Source of the DNA: Octopus vulgaris
Taxonomy: Eukaryota
DNA length: 64,000 nucleotides
Reading direction: 5' to 3'
Assembly: GCA_951406725.2 (NCBI GenBank)
Contig: OX597842.1
Coordinates: 496,001 to 560,000, forward strand
The notes below the pieces were generated by a model that ran no database searches, was not told the DNA's origin, and saw only the letters and a list, made by a program, of their open reading frames with translations. Shown in pieces: positions 30,201-42,189 of the stretch. Positions within the stretch are counted from its first letter, which is position 1, and each line of letters starts with the position of its first letter. Position numbers and translations under genes: made by a program.

Positions 30201-30945
30201 TCTCTTATTATAAAAGGCAGATTTTATCTGCCTCCCTTTGTCTCTTATAGAAATCTACAATATAGGATTTCTTCAATTACAATTTACCTAGCATTTTTAA
30301 GAGTAGAATGCATCGGGTTTTGCCAGGTCCGGTTTTTAAAATTTCAACCCCAATTAAGCAAAATTTAGAGAAAACTCACATTCTGGTGTATATGTCAAAT
30401 GCTTTTCTTAGTTTGGGCTACACCACACGCAAACGCACACACACAGTGTGCAACGAATAAACTGAAACTAATTCACTGTGTGTGTGTTGACAGGTAGACA
30501 ATAGAATGCGATGGCGATGGCGATGTAATATTTGTTTCTGTCTATGACGCTAATAGATACATGAGTAAAATGTATGGGAAGCTAAGAGATAAGAGTGAGT
30601 GGAAATGTTCTTGGAAGAGAGTAAATAGCAAGAGAGTGATTTGAGGAAGACTTTACATTAAATAACCGTAGTGGCTTGTAAGGTGTGATTTGTAAGACAG
30701 TAAGGTGTGATTTGAGGGAGATTTGGCTGCTATTTCTGCCATGTAGGGGTCTCCCTCATAGGCTCATACATACATATATACATAGATAAGACAGTAAGGT
30801 GTGATTTGGGGGAAATTTGGCTGCTATTTCTACCAGGTCTAGCTACCATGTAGAGGTCCCCCTCATTGGCTCATATATATATACATACATAAGACAGTAA
30901 GGTGTGATTTGAGGGAGATTTGGCTGCTGTTTCTACCAGGTCTGT
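30201..30945 (+). mobile_element. Probable non-autonomous Helitron-like element, 3' end missing, with internal ~95-bp tandem repeats
   Basis: Starts A|TCTCTTATTATAAAAG, like the A|TC start of the Helitron at 31720; three units of taagacagtaaggtgtgatttgagggagatttggctgc at 30692-30945. Confidence 0.45.
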
Positions 30946-31302
30946 TAGGCCTTCTCATGTAAACTCAAGCTTTCTCATGCCTTGAACATAAGACCAAAGC
31001 AGAGAATGTATTCTTTTATTCTTCTGCTTTTTCCAGCCATTGGTCTGTGGCTATGCTGGGGCAATGTCTTGAAGAATTGTAGTTTAATGAATCAACTCCA
31101 GTTTTATTTTTGTAAGCATTGTACTTATTCTATCTGTTTCCTTTGTCAAACCACTAGGTGACATGGATGTAAACAAACCAACATTCATTGTCAAGCAGTG
31201 GTGGAGGACAATCACAAGCACAGACACGCACACACACACACATACATGCATACACATATACATACATACATATATATATATATATATGTTTGTATATATA
31301 TA

Positions 31303-31625
31303 TTGCAGCGTGGAAGGTGTTTGTAAGCCATTTAAGAAACACACAAAAACCGTTACATTCACTTCAACATTTAAATTTAATTTGCCAAAATATTTTCCTC
31401 GCTTTGAGACCGCGACCTGTTCACTGACAAAAATATCGTGCTAACAGGTCACGGTCTCAAAGCGATGAAAATATTTTGACAAATTAAATTTAAATGTTGA
31501 AGTGAATCTAACAGTTTTTGTGTGTTTCTTAAATGGCTTATAAACACCTTCAACGCTGCAACTGTTTTCGTTCCAGCACATGATCTCAGATCAAGTCACT
31601 TGCTATGCAAGTACATCTCTGTAAC
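31303..31625 (+). mobile_element. Penelope-like fold-back remnant
   Basis: 119-bp arms 31303-31421 and 31443-31561, 21-nt spacer, right arm extended, TA-rich flanks. Confidence 0.72.
31383..31429 (-). ncRNA. Variant minimal hammerhead motif (G3:C8 core), partly decayed
   Basis: Minus strand reads TGTCA-GTGAACA-G-GTCGC-ggtctcaaa-GCGAG-GAAA-ATAT-TT-TGGCA; the other arm has GCGAT-GAAAATATTTTGACA, giving a perfect stem I. Confidence 0.55.
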
Positions 31626-31719
31626 TATATATATATTTATATATATATATGTATATTGGTAAAAACAGTAAGATAACAAAAGAAAGAAAGAGACCTCAAT
31701 ATTATGTAAATAGAGGAAA

Positions 31720-32115
31720 TCTTTATATATAAAAGTGAGGTTGTGTGTCTGTCTCCTACGATTTAGATTCCTAACTACTCCCACATTTTGCGGTGCAGTT
31801 TAACCAAAACCGGGTATCTTATAGTCGTGATTCATATCGAGCCCGTCTGGGTATTAGCGCGCGTCTACGATGAGTCTACGATTTAAAAAAAAATTTACCA
31901 TCAATTTTTCCCATTTTTAATCCATTTTTGACATATATAAGGGAAAGTAACTCTCTAAAATTTATTATTAAATCTCAGAACGTAAAAAGCTACAGTAACA
32001 CCCCTCCCCCTTTGTGGTTAGCCATATTGAGATGGCTATTATACTTTACATCTCTAAAAATGCTTATATAATTATTTCCCTTACAAACCCGAGCAACGCC
32101 GGGCGATACTGCTAG
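31720..32115 (+). mobile_element. Non-autonomous Helitron, complete
   Basis: 5' A|TC, subterminal hairpin CCCG(A)GC-AAC-GCCGGG at 32088-32103, 3' CTAG|T, no target duplication; second copy at 47749. Confidence 0.9.
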
Positions 32116-32143
32116 TATATATATATATATATATGTATATGTA

Positions 32144-32384
32144 CTTTATTTAAAGCAGCAGAACATTCTACAAAACCTGTTACTCTGAGTTTCACGTTGT
32201 TTGTGTTAATGTATCCATTTTATGTATATACTACATATACTTACATATATGAATGGCAACGCGAAACTCAGAGTAACAGGTTTTGTAGAATTTTCTGCTG
32301 CTTTAAATAAAGCATATTACTATACCACTGGTATTTGAGTACTCTTTTTTTCCACTTTGTTTCACATTTATGTGTTTACTCCGG

Positions 32385-32385
<1 letters not shown>
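32144..32385 (+). mobile_element. Penelope-like fold-back remnant with a truncated hammerhead
   Basis: 56-bp arms 32144-32199 and 32257-32312; GA-ATG-GCAA-CGC-GAAA-CTCAGAG-TA-ACAGG at 32251-32280 lacks the CUGAN part. Confidence 0.6.
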
Positions 32386-32436
<51 letters not shown>

Positions 32437-32437
32437 C

Positions 32438-33092
32438 ATGAGCTGGCAAAATTGTTAGCATACAGGCTGAAAAATTTAGCAGTATTTCATCTGTCTTTAC
32501 GGCAGGAGTTCAAATTCTGCTGTGGTCAACTTTGCTTTTCGTCCTTTCGGGGTATATAAAATAAGTGCCAGACAAGCACTTGGGGTCGATGTAATCAACT
32601 ATCCCCATCCTCCAAAATTGCTGGCATTGTGCAAAATTTGGCTACTTATCAACTCTTAAATGAGAGTATAAAGAAACACCTGTATCCCTCTGCCATGCCG
32701 TGTTGAGGCAGGGGTAGCAGAGGAGGTTCATCTAACCAGTATGGTCTCAAGTTCAAATTCTCAGACTGTGACCGGGGGAGAGAACATGTTGAAGACTTCA
32801 TCATGCAGTGAACTGAACATTGCCTTTCATCCCTTTGGGTGTCGATAAATTAAGTACCAGTTACGTACTGGTGTCAATCTAATCGACTGTCCCCTTCCAC
32901 TGTCACCACCACCACCACCAAATTTCAGGCCTTGTGCCTGGTTGTGTGGCAAGTAGCTTGCTTACTAACCACATGATTCTGGGTTCAGTCCCACTGCATG
33001 GCACCTTGGGCAAGTGTCTTTTACTAAAGCCTTGGGCTGACCAAAGCCTTGTGAATGAATTTGGTAGACGGAAACTGAAAGAAGCTTGTCAC

Positions 33093-33136
<44 letters not shown>

Positions 33137-33610
33137 TTGTGTGTCTCTGCTTGTCTCTCCACCACCAACATCGCTTGAAAACCAATGCTGGTGTGTTTAC
33201 GTCCCCGTAACTTAGCAGTTTGGCAAAAGAGACCAATAGAATAAGCACTGGGCTTACAAAGAATAAGTCCTGGGGTCGATTTGCTCGACTAAAGGCAGTG
33301 CTCCAGCATGGCCACAATCAAATGACTGAAATGAATAAAAGACGCCTTATTATTGTTGTTGTTATTATTATTATTATTATTATTATAATTTTTGTTAAAG
33401 TGGCAGGGTGACAGAATTTTGAGCATGTGAAACAAAATGCTTAGCAACAGTTTGGCTGTCTTCATGTTCTGAGTTCAAATTCTACTGAGGTTGACTTTAC
33501 CATTATCCTTTTGGGATCAATAAATTAAGTACCAGTTGCATACTGGGGGCGATTTAATCGACTAGCCCTCTACCCCAAAAATTTCAGGCCTTGTGCCTAG
33601 AATAGAAAAG
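32438..33610 (+). mobile_element. Cluster of SINE B (32438-32640, 32820-32935, 33400-33610) and SINE A (32940-33340)
   Basis: Family motifs as described above. Confidence 0.8.
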
Positions 33611-33883
33611 CACCTGATCCAATACACACATTTACACACACACAGGCATTAATGTATTTATTCTGTGTGTTGTTGCTTGATATTCAAGGAAAAGAGACTG
33701 AGAGGGGTTAGGCATGGGTGGATGGATAGAGGTGTGAGCTCATATCAGGAGGATTCCTTAGAGGAAATCATTTCTTATTTACTCTCTTTCTCTTTCTCTC
33801 TGTCTCTCTCTCTCTCCCTCATCTCACACCTCTACCTTCTTTCCACCACCTTTGTTTTCCTTTTCCTGCTACTACCTCTAGTA

Positions 33884-34872
33884 CACCACCACCACCACCA
33901 CCACCACCACCACCACCACCACCACCACCACCACCACCACCACCACATCACCACCACCACCACCACCACCACCACCACACCATCAACCATTATCATCACC
34001 ACCATCATCAACAACAGCATTATCCTCATTACCGTCATCAGAGCCATCATCATTACCATTAAGACCACAACCATCACCACCACCACCACCACCACCAACA
34101 TCACCTCAACCACAACCACTACCACTACAAACCCCACCGACACCCCTAACGCCACCACCTACACCACTACTACTAAAAAACCCCACCAACACTACTCCAA
34201 CCACCTCATCACTACCACCACAACCACCACCAACAACACCACAACTTCAAATGCCACTGACACCACTACAACCATCACCATCACTACAACAACCACCACC
34301 AACACACCACAATCACTACCACCACCACCACCACCACAATCACCACCACCACCACCACAATCACCACCACCACCACCGCCACCACCACCACCACAATCAC
34401 CACCATCACCACCACCACCACCATCACCACCATCACCACAATCACTACCACCACCACCACCACCACCACCACCACCACAATCACCACCACCACCACCACC
34501 ATCACCACCACCACCACAATCATCACCACCACCACCACCACCATCACCACCACCACCACAATCACCACCAACACCACCACAATCACTACCACCACCACAA
34601 CCACCACCACCACAACAATCACCACCACCACCACAATCACCACCACCACCACCACCACCACCACCACAACCACCACCACCACCACCACCACCACCACCAC
34701 CACAACCACCACCACCACAATCACCACCACCACCACCACCACCACCACCACCACCACCACCACCACCACCATCACCACCACAACCACCACCACCACAATC
34801 ACCACCACCACCACCACCACAATCACCACCACCACCACCACCACCACCATCACCACCACCACCACCACCACC
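33884..34872. repeat. Long (CCA)n-based repeat field
   Basis: Directly visible; gives poly-Pro, poly-His and poly-Thr ORFs depending on frame. Confidence 0.95.
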
Positions 34873-35484
34873 CCCCTCTCTTCCCCACCCTTATACTTGT
34901 TATGTAAAAATTAACTCATGCAATTCCACCCCCTACCCCTACCCCCACCCCCAACACTTTCATCCTTCTTAATTCTTTTATTTTTTTGAAACGAAAATCC
35001 AAAAACGTTGGACTTCTTTCTTAAACTGAACATTTCCACTGCACATCGCTGCAATTGATGCCATTGTGTTGCACACCATTCTGCACATTCCATCGCAAGT
35101 GCAGCATGCATTGCATCGGAATCGGCAACAAAAGAAAATAAGGAAATCATGTCCGAGATTGATGTCAATCACAGATTGGGATTAAAAGAAGATTTTGTGA
35201 ATACCATGGGAATGCATGCGTGTGTATGTGTACCCACACGCACACAGACACACACATATATATACAAACATATACATACATATATACATGTACATAGAGG
35301 TATGTATATATACAATTATGAAGGCGTGGCTGTGTGGTAAGAAGCTTGCTTCCCAACCACATTGTTCTGAGTTCAGTCCCTTAGCATGGCACCTTTGGCA
35401 AGTGTCTCCTATCGTACTCTTGAGTCAACCAAAGCCTTGTGAGTGGATTTATTAGACAGAAACTGAAAGAAGCCTGTTTTGAGT

Positions 35485-35528
<44 letters not shown>

Positions 35529-35531
<3 letters not shown>

Positions 35532-35694
35532 TGCAGGAGTGACTATGTGGTAAGTAGCTTGCTTACCAACCACATGGTTCTGGGTTCAGTCCCACTGTGT
35601 GGCACCTTGGGCAAGTGTCTTCTACTATAGCCTTGGGCTGATCAAAGCCTTGTGAGTGGATTTGGTAGATGGAAACGGAAAGAAGCCTGTCGTA

Positions 35695-35752
<58 letters not shown>

Positions 35753-35962
35753 TTGTGTGTCTGTGTTTGCCCCCCCAACATCGCTTGACAACCGTTGTTG
35801 GTGTGTTTACGTCCATGTAACTTAGCGGTTCAGTAAAAGAGACCGATAGAATAAGTACTAGGCTTAGAAAGAATAAGTCCTGCGGTTGATTTGCTCGACA
35901 AATGGTGGTGCTCCAGCATGGCCACAGTCAAATGACTGAAACGAGTAAAAGAGTAAAGAGAG
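35529..35962 (+). mobile_element. SINE family A, full length
   Basis: Complete head, body and tail. Confidence 0.9.
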
Positions 35963-35963
35963 T

Positions 35964-36838
35964 ACTAACCTGGTCACCTAAGTAACCGAAACTGTCTACC
36001 ACTGCTAAGGACTCCCCCTGCCACCGATATTTGAGAGGGTCTATTTTTTGTAAATCCCTGGTATTTAATGCACCTGCACATCTGCAACATCTAAAGGTTA
36101 CCTTCTCTGTTAGTCTTCCAGTGATAATGCTGCACCTCTTATGCATCCATAGCTTGCACCGGGCACATCTTATGGAGTTTCTCTCAACACCTTCTCTATT
36201 TATCGAGCAGGGCCATCTCCCTGAAGGGATATAAGATTTGTCTGTTTTTCTACTTATCAATACTTTGGTCTTTGCTATGTTAACTCTAAGGCCCTTTGAT
36301 TCCAAGCTGTGCTTCCATACCTGAAATTTCTTCTCTGGCAGTGATTCAGCAATAGAAACAAAGTCGTCAGAATAGGAGGAGTTCCCAAGGGCAGCCAGTC
36401 TAAAATTCTTCGGTTATAGTTTGGAAGCCCATGATAAACAAGAGGAGGCTAAAAATTGATCCCTGATGTACCCCTGCCTATACACTAAACTCCTTGCTGT
36501 ACTCATTGGCGACTCTCACCTTACTAACATCCTTGCATATGGCTTGTACAGCTCTCACCAACCACCTATCTATCCCTAGCTTCCCAGTGGGGAGCGGGGG
36601 ACCCTGTCAAAGGTTTTTTCCATGTCAACAAAAGCCGGAAACAGAGTTTTATTTTGGGCCATGTACTTTTGAAGTTGCCTCACTAGGAAGATAGCGTTGT
36701 TGGTACTTCCACCTGGCACAAATCCAAACTATCTTATCTGTGCTAACTCTTACCCCAATTAATTTACCTATGACCCTTTCTGCAAATTTCACCACCTGGT
36801 CCAACAATTTGACATCTCTGTAATAATTTCTCCCTTTC
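35964..36838 (-). mobile_element. Decayed reverse-transcriptase region of an RTE-type LINE
   Basis: Motifs FGFVPG, AFVDMEKTFDRVP, GVHQGS (~36458-36475), YSDD (36363-36374), GLRVNIAKTKV, Cys-rich segment, FGYLGD; several stops and frameshifts. Confidence 0.9.
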
Positions 36839-37036
36839 TCTTTTACTTGTTTCATCCATTTAATTGCGGCCATGCTGGAGCACCACATTTAGTCGAGCAA
36901 ATCGACCCAAAGACTTATTCTTTGTAAGCCTAGTACTTATTCTATCGGTCTCTTTTGCCAAACCGCTTATGACAGGGATGTAAACACACCAGCATCGATT
37001 GTCAAGCAATGTTGGGGGATAAACACAGACGCACAA

Positions 37037-37078
<42 letters not shown>

Positions 37079-37228
37079 CAGGCTTCTTTCAGTTTCCATC
37101 TACCAAATCCACTCAGAAGGCTTTGGTCAGCCTGATGCTATATTAGAAGATACTTGCTCAAGGTGCCACAGAGTGGGACTAAACCTGGAACCATGTGGTT
37201 GTTAAGCAAGCTACTTACCACACAGCCA
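36838..37228 (-). mobile_element. SINE family A
   Basis: Reverse complement of 35529-35950. Confidence 0.9.
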
Positions 37229-37269
37229 CATATATATATATATGTATATATATATGCATATATGGGTTT

Positions 37270-37480
37270 CTGTGTGGTTCCTACAGACCAATGGATTTTT
37301 GCTCACCTGTTGTACATCTGCCAAAACCAAAGTGACGCTAGGAACCAAGAAAGAAGACATATTATTATTTTTTTTTTTATATATTTTCTTAAAGATGTTC
37401 AGCAATTTTTGGGCACCTGTCAACCAGCCCACAACGTTTTCCAGCTGTCAAATGCTGGGATTTTTCCCAAGTGGTGATTT
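37270..37480. promoter_or_regulatory. Candidate enhancer: dense E-box, TALE and Rel-like motif cluster
   Basis: CACCTG 37304, CATCTG 37315, CACCTGTCA 37414, CAGCTGTCA 37442, CAAATG 37449, GGGATTTTTCCC 37457, CAAGTG 37468. Confidence 0.4.
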
Positions 37481-38245
37481 CGGATGAAGAGGAAGAGAGA
37501 GAGGGGAGAGAAGAAGAGAGGCGGGGATAGAGAGAAGGAGAGAGCTGAGCTGAGATCCGACTTCTAAGAATCCTTTTCACTACCACCACCGCTGCCATAA
37601 CAAAAACCCCATCATCTTGCAATAACAAAAATAAAAAAAAAAAAATAAATAAATAAAAAAAAAAACATAAAACCATTGAAAAAACCCCCTATATATATCC
37701 TAAAACATTCCTATAAAATTTATCACTGCTCACTTGTCAGAATAGAAAACAAAATACATGCAAAATCGCATCGTTTTATTGGAATTTAATCCATCTATAT
37801 TTTCCCTACAATATTATTTTATACATTTTTTGATGCATATTGTGGTTGTTGTTAGTGTGGTTGCTGTTGTTTTTAGCTTTGTTGTTTTTGTTGTCGTTTC
37901 TGTCCAAGTTACTATTTCAAATTTTATTAACATTATTATTATTATTATCATTATTATTATTATTAATATTATTATCATTATTATTATTATTATTAACTTA
38001 ATACTTATTTATGTTATCAACATTTATGTTGTTGTGGTTTTTATGTAGTTTAATATTGAAATCTGATCCAATACATTCATATTCAAAGAAACCACATCTA
38101 TATGTGTGTGTGTATATACACATATATCCATATTTATGTATATACATACATGCAGACATATATACACACACACAGACACTCAACCCAAGAAGGAAAAGAT
38201 AGACATGCTTAGGCTTATATGTGTATATACACATGCATTTATATG

Positions 38246-38293
<48 letters not shown>

Positions 38294-38315
38294 CATACCC
38301 TCTCTCTCTCTCTCC

Positions 38316-38353
<38 letters not shown>

Positions 38354-39411
38354 ATATGCAGATAAAACTTACTTGGAAAAGGATGTGTGGCATTCGATCA
38401 TATAATAATATAAATAATATATAAATATATGCATATATACATACATATATGTACATACCTAAATCTATATGTATATATATATACATGCATATATGGGTAC
38501 AGGACATCAAAAAAACTATATATACATATATATATACATACATACATATATATGTGCACATACAAGAAGGAAAAGACATACAAACTTAAGCTTATATATT
38601 TGTATATATACACATATGTATCAACACAAACACATACACACAAACACGAATATATATACACATACATACGTACATATATGTGTGTGTGTGTGTGTATGTA
38701 TATATATATACACATATATACATACATATATATATATATATACATATATACACACACTTATGTTGGTATCATTGAAGAGACAAGTGTACAAGTGTATCTT
38801 TATGAATAAACATCAATTACTCCTTTCTGTTTAATCAATTACAATTTAGAACTATTGACGAACGGAACGATAAAGCTTTTTACTTCTACTTTTGCCTTGT
38901 TTTTTACTCTTTTAAATATTCATAAATTTAATCAAGAAAATTTTTTAATTAGCATAATGCAATAATTGGTAGAATTAATAAAGGCTATGTAAAATTACAA
39001 AATAAAATTGATGTTACTTAATTTGACGACATTTTAGAAAAATATTAAAATTTTTGTTTTTAATGGATTCGGAAAATTCTTAGAGCAGCAGAAAAAAAAT
39101 TGCTGTGTAGTGTTGGTTTTGAGTCTTACTGTCCAGAGTTCAAATCCCAGGTAGGTTCAGTTTGCTGCCATCCTTTTTGGGGTCAACAAAAATTGTGTAT
39201 TAGTTAAGTACTAGGATCAGTTGTATTGACTAACCGATTTACCTCACAAAATTGCTGGCATTGTGCTATTGATTCTGAAGCATGTAGTTCCAGGTTCAGT
39301 CCCACTGCTTGGCACCTTGTACAAGTGACTTCTGCTATTTTCCATGGGCCAAACAAAACCTTGAGCATTCAGTGGAAACTGAAAGAGGGTGTTGTGTGTG
39401 TGTGTATGTGT

Positions 39412-39875
39412 GACCTCCTTCGGTCACGAATGACCCTGGGATTGCACCTAGAAAGTTACCCTCCGAGGTGCAAGTCTGGGCAAGATTGTTTATAGAAGAC
39501 CAGCAGTTGTCCATGCATACCAGCCTCCCCTCTGCATGCCACCAATGGAAAAGCAAAGGGGCCAATACAGCTTGGCACCAGTGACGTCGCAGACACGTAC
39601 CCTTAATGTAGTTCTTGGGGAGATTCAGCATGACACAGACTGTGACAAGGCTGGCCCCTTTGAAATACACCAGGTACAACAGAAACAGGAAGAAAGAGTG
39701 AGAGAAAGTTGTAGTGAAAGAGTACAGCAGGGTTCACCACCACCCCCTGCCGGAACCTCATTAAGCTTTAGGTGTTTTTGCTCAACAAACACTCACAATG
39801 CCCTGTTTGGGAATCGAAACTGTGATCCTACGAATCGCGAGTCCGCAGCCCTACCACTGGGCCATTGTGCCTCCA
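39412..39875 (-). mobile_element. SINE family C (39590-39875) abutting a fragment of another retroposon (39412-39590)
   Basis: 39590-39875 matches 5443-5726; the left part is unrelated GC-richer repeat-like sequence. Confidence 0.7.
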
Positions 39876-39918
39876 CTCACACACACACACATATATATGT
39901 ATGTATATATATACATAT

Positions 39919-40302
39919 ATAAATTATTAGAGAGTTATCCACTATGTGGATAACTCTAGTGCTAAAAATAGCTCCGAAGTAACCACAGAAGATCAGTTTC
40001 CAACTAGAATCAACATACATTTAACGGAAGGAAAGTGAAATACAATGAATAAAATAGATTTTATTCGTTGTATTTCACTTTCCTTCCGTTAAATGTATGT
40101 TGATTCTAGTTGGAAACTGATCTTCTGTGGTTACTTCGGAGCTATTTTTAGCACTAGAGTTATCCACATAGTGGATAACTCTCTAATAATTTATGTATAA
40201 ATTTGTATTTTCTCCGTAGTTTTTTGTGCTAAGCCACTTGGTGTTAAATTAATGGTATTATTAAATTAATATCGATTTTTCACCCTCATTTATAATAATA
40301 AT

Positions 40303-40303
<1 letters not shown>
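39919..40303 (+). repeat. Near-perfect 276-bp palindrome with one-sided extension (Penelope-like fold-back)
   Basis: 137-bp arms 39919-40055 and 40058-40194, 2-nt spacer, one mismatch (40046/40067); TA tracts on both sides. Confidence 0.9.
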
Positions 40304-40352
<49 letters not shown>

Positions 40353-40408
40353 CTCGCTGATAGGTAAAGTTCCTTCTTTTTAGTGTTTCCAAATCCAAAT
40401 TAAGAAAT

Positions 40409-40471
40409 TTTGAGCTGACGAAAGAAATGCTGATTTTATTTGGCTAATCTTGAAACGTTGACGTAATCAAA
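40409..40471 (+). ncRNA. Type I minimal hammerhead ribozyme motif
   Basis: TTTGAG-CTGACGA-AAGA-[22 nt]-TCTT-GAAA-CGTTGACG-TA-ATCAAA: intact core, stem II AAGA/TCTT, stem III ACGT/ACGT, stem I TTTGA/TCAAA with a mismatch next to the core. Confidence 0.72.
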
Positions 40472-40748
40472 CGATCTATGTACTTGTAATATTTTTCTGT
40501 ATTTACCCCCAAACCTTCGTGAGCTGTCTGGAGTAAACATTATCTGAGAGAAATTTTCTTTAAGTAGTAGAAATGCTAAGAAAAATTTTTTTGGCTGCTA
40601 TTTCTATTAAGTTCAGTATGTGGCAAAGTAATTTATTTTACTAAGCCCTAATTATATAATGTAATATTTTGAATTCGCCTTAAATGGTCCTTTTACATAC
40701 TGAACACTTGGTGAAATTGATTAATTAATTAATTTTACCCTCAATGGT

Positions 40749-40783
<35 letters not shown>

Positions 40784-40789
40784 ATATAT

Positions 40790-41125
40790 AGCAAGTGTCT
40801 TCTGCTATAGCCCCGGGCCGACCAATGCCTTGTGAGTTGATTTGGTAGACAGAAACTGAAAGAAGCCTGTCGTATATATGTATATATATATATATGTGTG
40901 TGTGTGTATATGTTTGTGTGTCTGTGTTTGTCCCCCTAGCATTGCTTGACAACTGATACTGGTGTGTTTACGTCCCCGTCACTTAGCGGTTCGGCAAAAG
41001 AGACCGATAGAATAAGTACTGGGCTTACAAAAGAATAAGTCCCGGTGTCGAGTTGCTCGATTAAAGGCGGTGTTCCAGCTTGACCGCAGTCAAATGACTG
41101 AAACAAGTAAAAAGAAAAAAAAAGA
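40790..41125 (+). mobile_element. SINE family A lacking its head
   Basis: Starts at gcaagtgtcttct after a TA tract. Confidence 0.85.
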
Positions 41126-41482
41126 GAGAATATATATATATATATATATAAATACCCACATGCATGGCTGTGTGGTAACAAGTTTGCTTCCCAACCATGT
41201 GGTTCCATGTTCAGTCCTACTGCAGGGCACCTGGGCAAATGTCTTCCATTACAGCCCATCGATGAACCAAAACCTCATGTGTGGAAAATACATGTTCTGA
41301 CAATAAGTATCCAGACTGTTGCCATAGTAACAAAGCTAAAGCACACAGAGTGAAGCTGTTTGGCACAGATTGATCTTGACCTCTGCTGTGCATGGGCAAT
41401 AAGTTTTAATATTCTAGCTTTCTAACCCTGTTTACAGCAATGCTTGGAAGGAAGGTGTGTAGTGTGTGATTGTTGTAATGAA

Positions 41483-41730
41483 TATGACAGAGAAAATTGA
41501 GCAGAGAATCTACATCAAATTTTGCCAAAACCTTTATGATACCTGCTCAGAGACCTACGCAAAGTTTTCAAAAAGTTTTCATCATTCTCAATACAATCAT
41601 GGAGATCTTGTGCAACAAAATCCAGAGTGTCTTTTTGCTCAGCTGAAAGCAGTTTTGGTACAAACTTGGTAGACACACTTCTCATACCCAAATCTTCAGT
41701 GATACAGACTGAACTAAACTGTAACAAATC
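41483..41730. mobile_element. Rearranged mariner transposase remnant (two pieces in opposite orientation)
   Basis: Plus strand MTEKIEQRIYIKFCQNL...SETYAK (N-terminal HTH); minus strand ITEDLGMRSVSTKFVPKLLSAEQK...ENDENFLK (variant of the WVPHEL linker region). Confidence 0.82.
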
Positions 41731-42189
41731 TGCACACCCTCTGATAACTCACTAAGTTTTAATATGATGGGCTTGTTTTAGTTTCCACCTACCAAAATTC
41801 ACTCACAAGGCTACAGTAGAAGACACCTCGTCCAAGGTACTGAGCACTGGGATTGAACTTGAAACTAGTTCATTGGAAAGAAAACTCCATACCACACATC
41901 AGATGTGGTGTGCAAGAGAGATGGCTGCATCTCCTCTTGTCTGTTTTGTTAATTTTATTTATTTTAATTGACTATATATATCTGTGTGTGTGTGTGTGTG
42001 TGCCTGTATTTGTCCCCCACCACCATTTGACAACTGGTGTTGGTTTGTTTATGTCCCTGTATCTTAGCAATTTTTGGCAGATAAAAAATACTGATAGAAT
42101 AAGCACCAGGCTTTAAAAAAGAGTACTGAGTTTGATTCATTCGATTAAAAATTCTTCAATGAGATGCTTCAGCATGGCCACAGTCTAAT

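Noticed and set aside
33665-34972. 435-aa extensin/mucin-like ORF (poly-His, Thr, Pro)
   Set aside because: Translation of a CCA repeat that is open in several frames and on both strands; no splice or domain support
35099-35117. miR-33-like GTGCA...GCATTGCA
   Set aside because: Central part does not match and the length is wrong
37311-37335. miR-9-like sequence on the minus strand (CTTTGGTT seed)
   Set aside because: Only the seed region matches; the rest differs too much from the highly conserved miR-9 and the hairpin is imperfect
40158-40180. DnaA-box-like TTATCCACA in the palindrome
   Set aside because: Chance match inside a eukaryotic repeat; no bacterial sequence nearby
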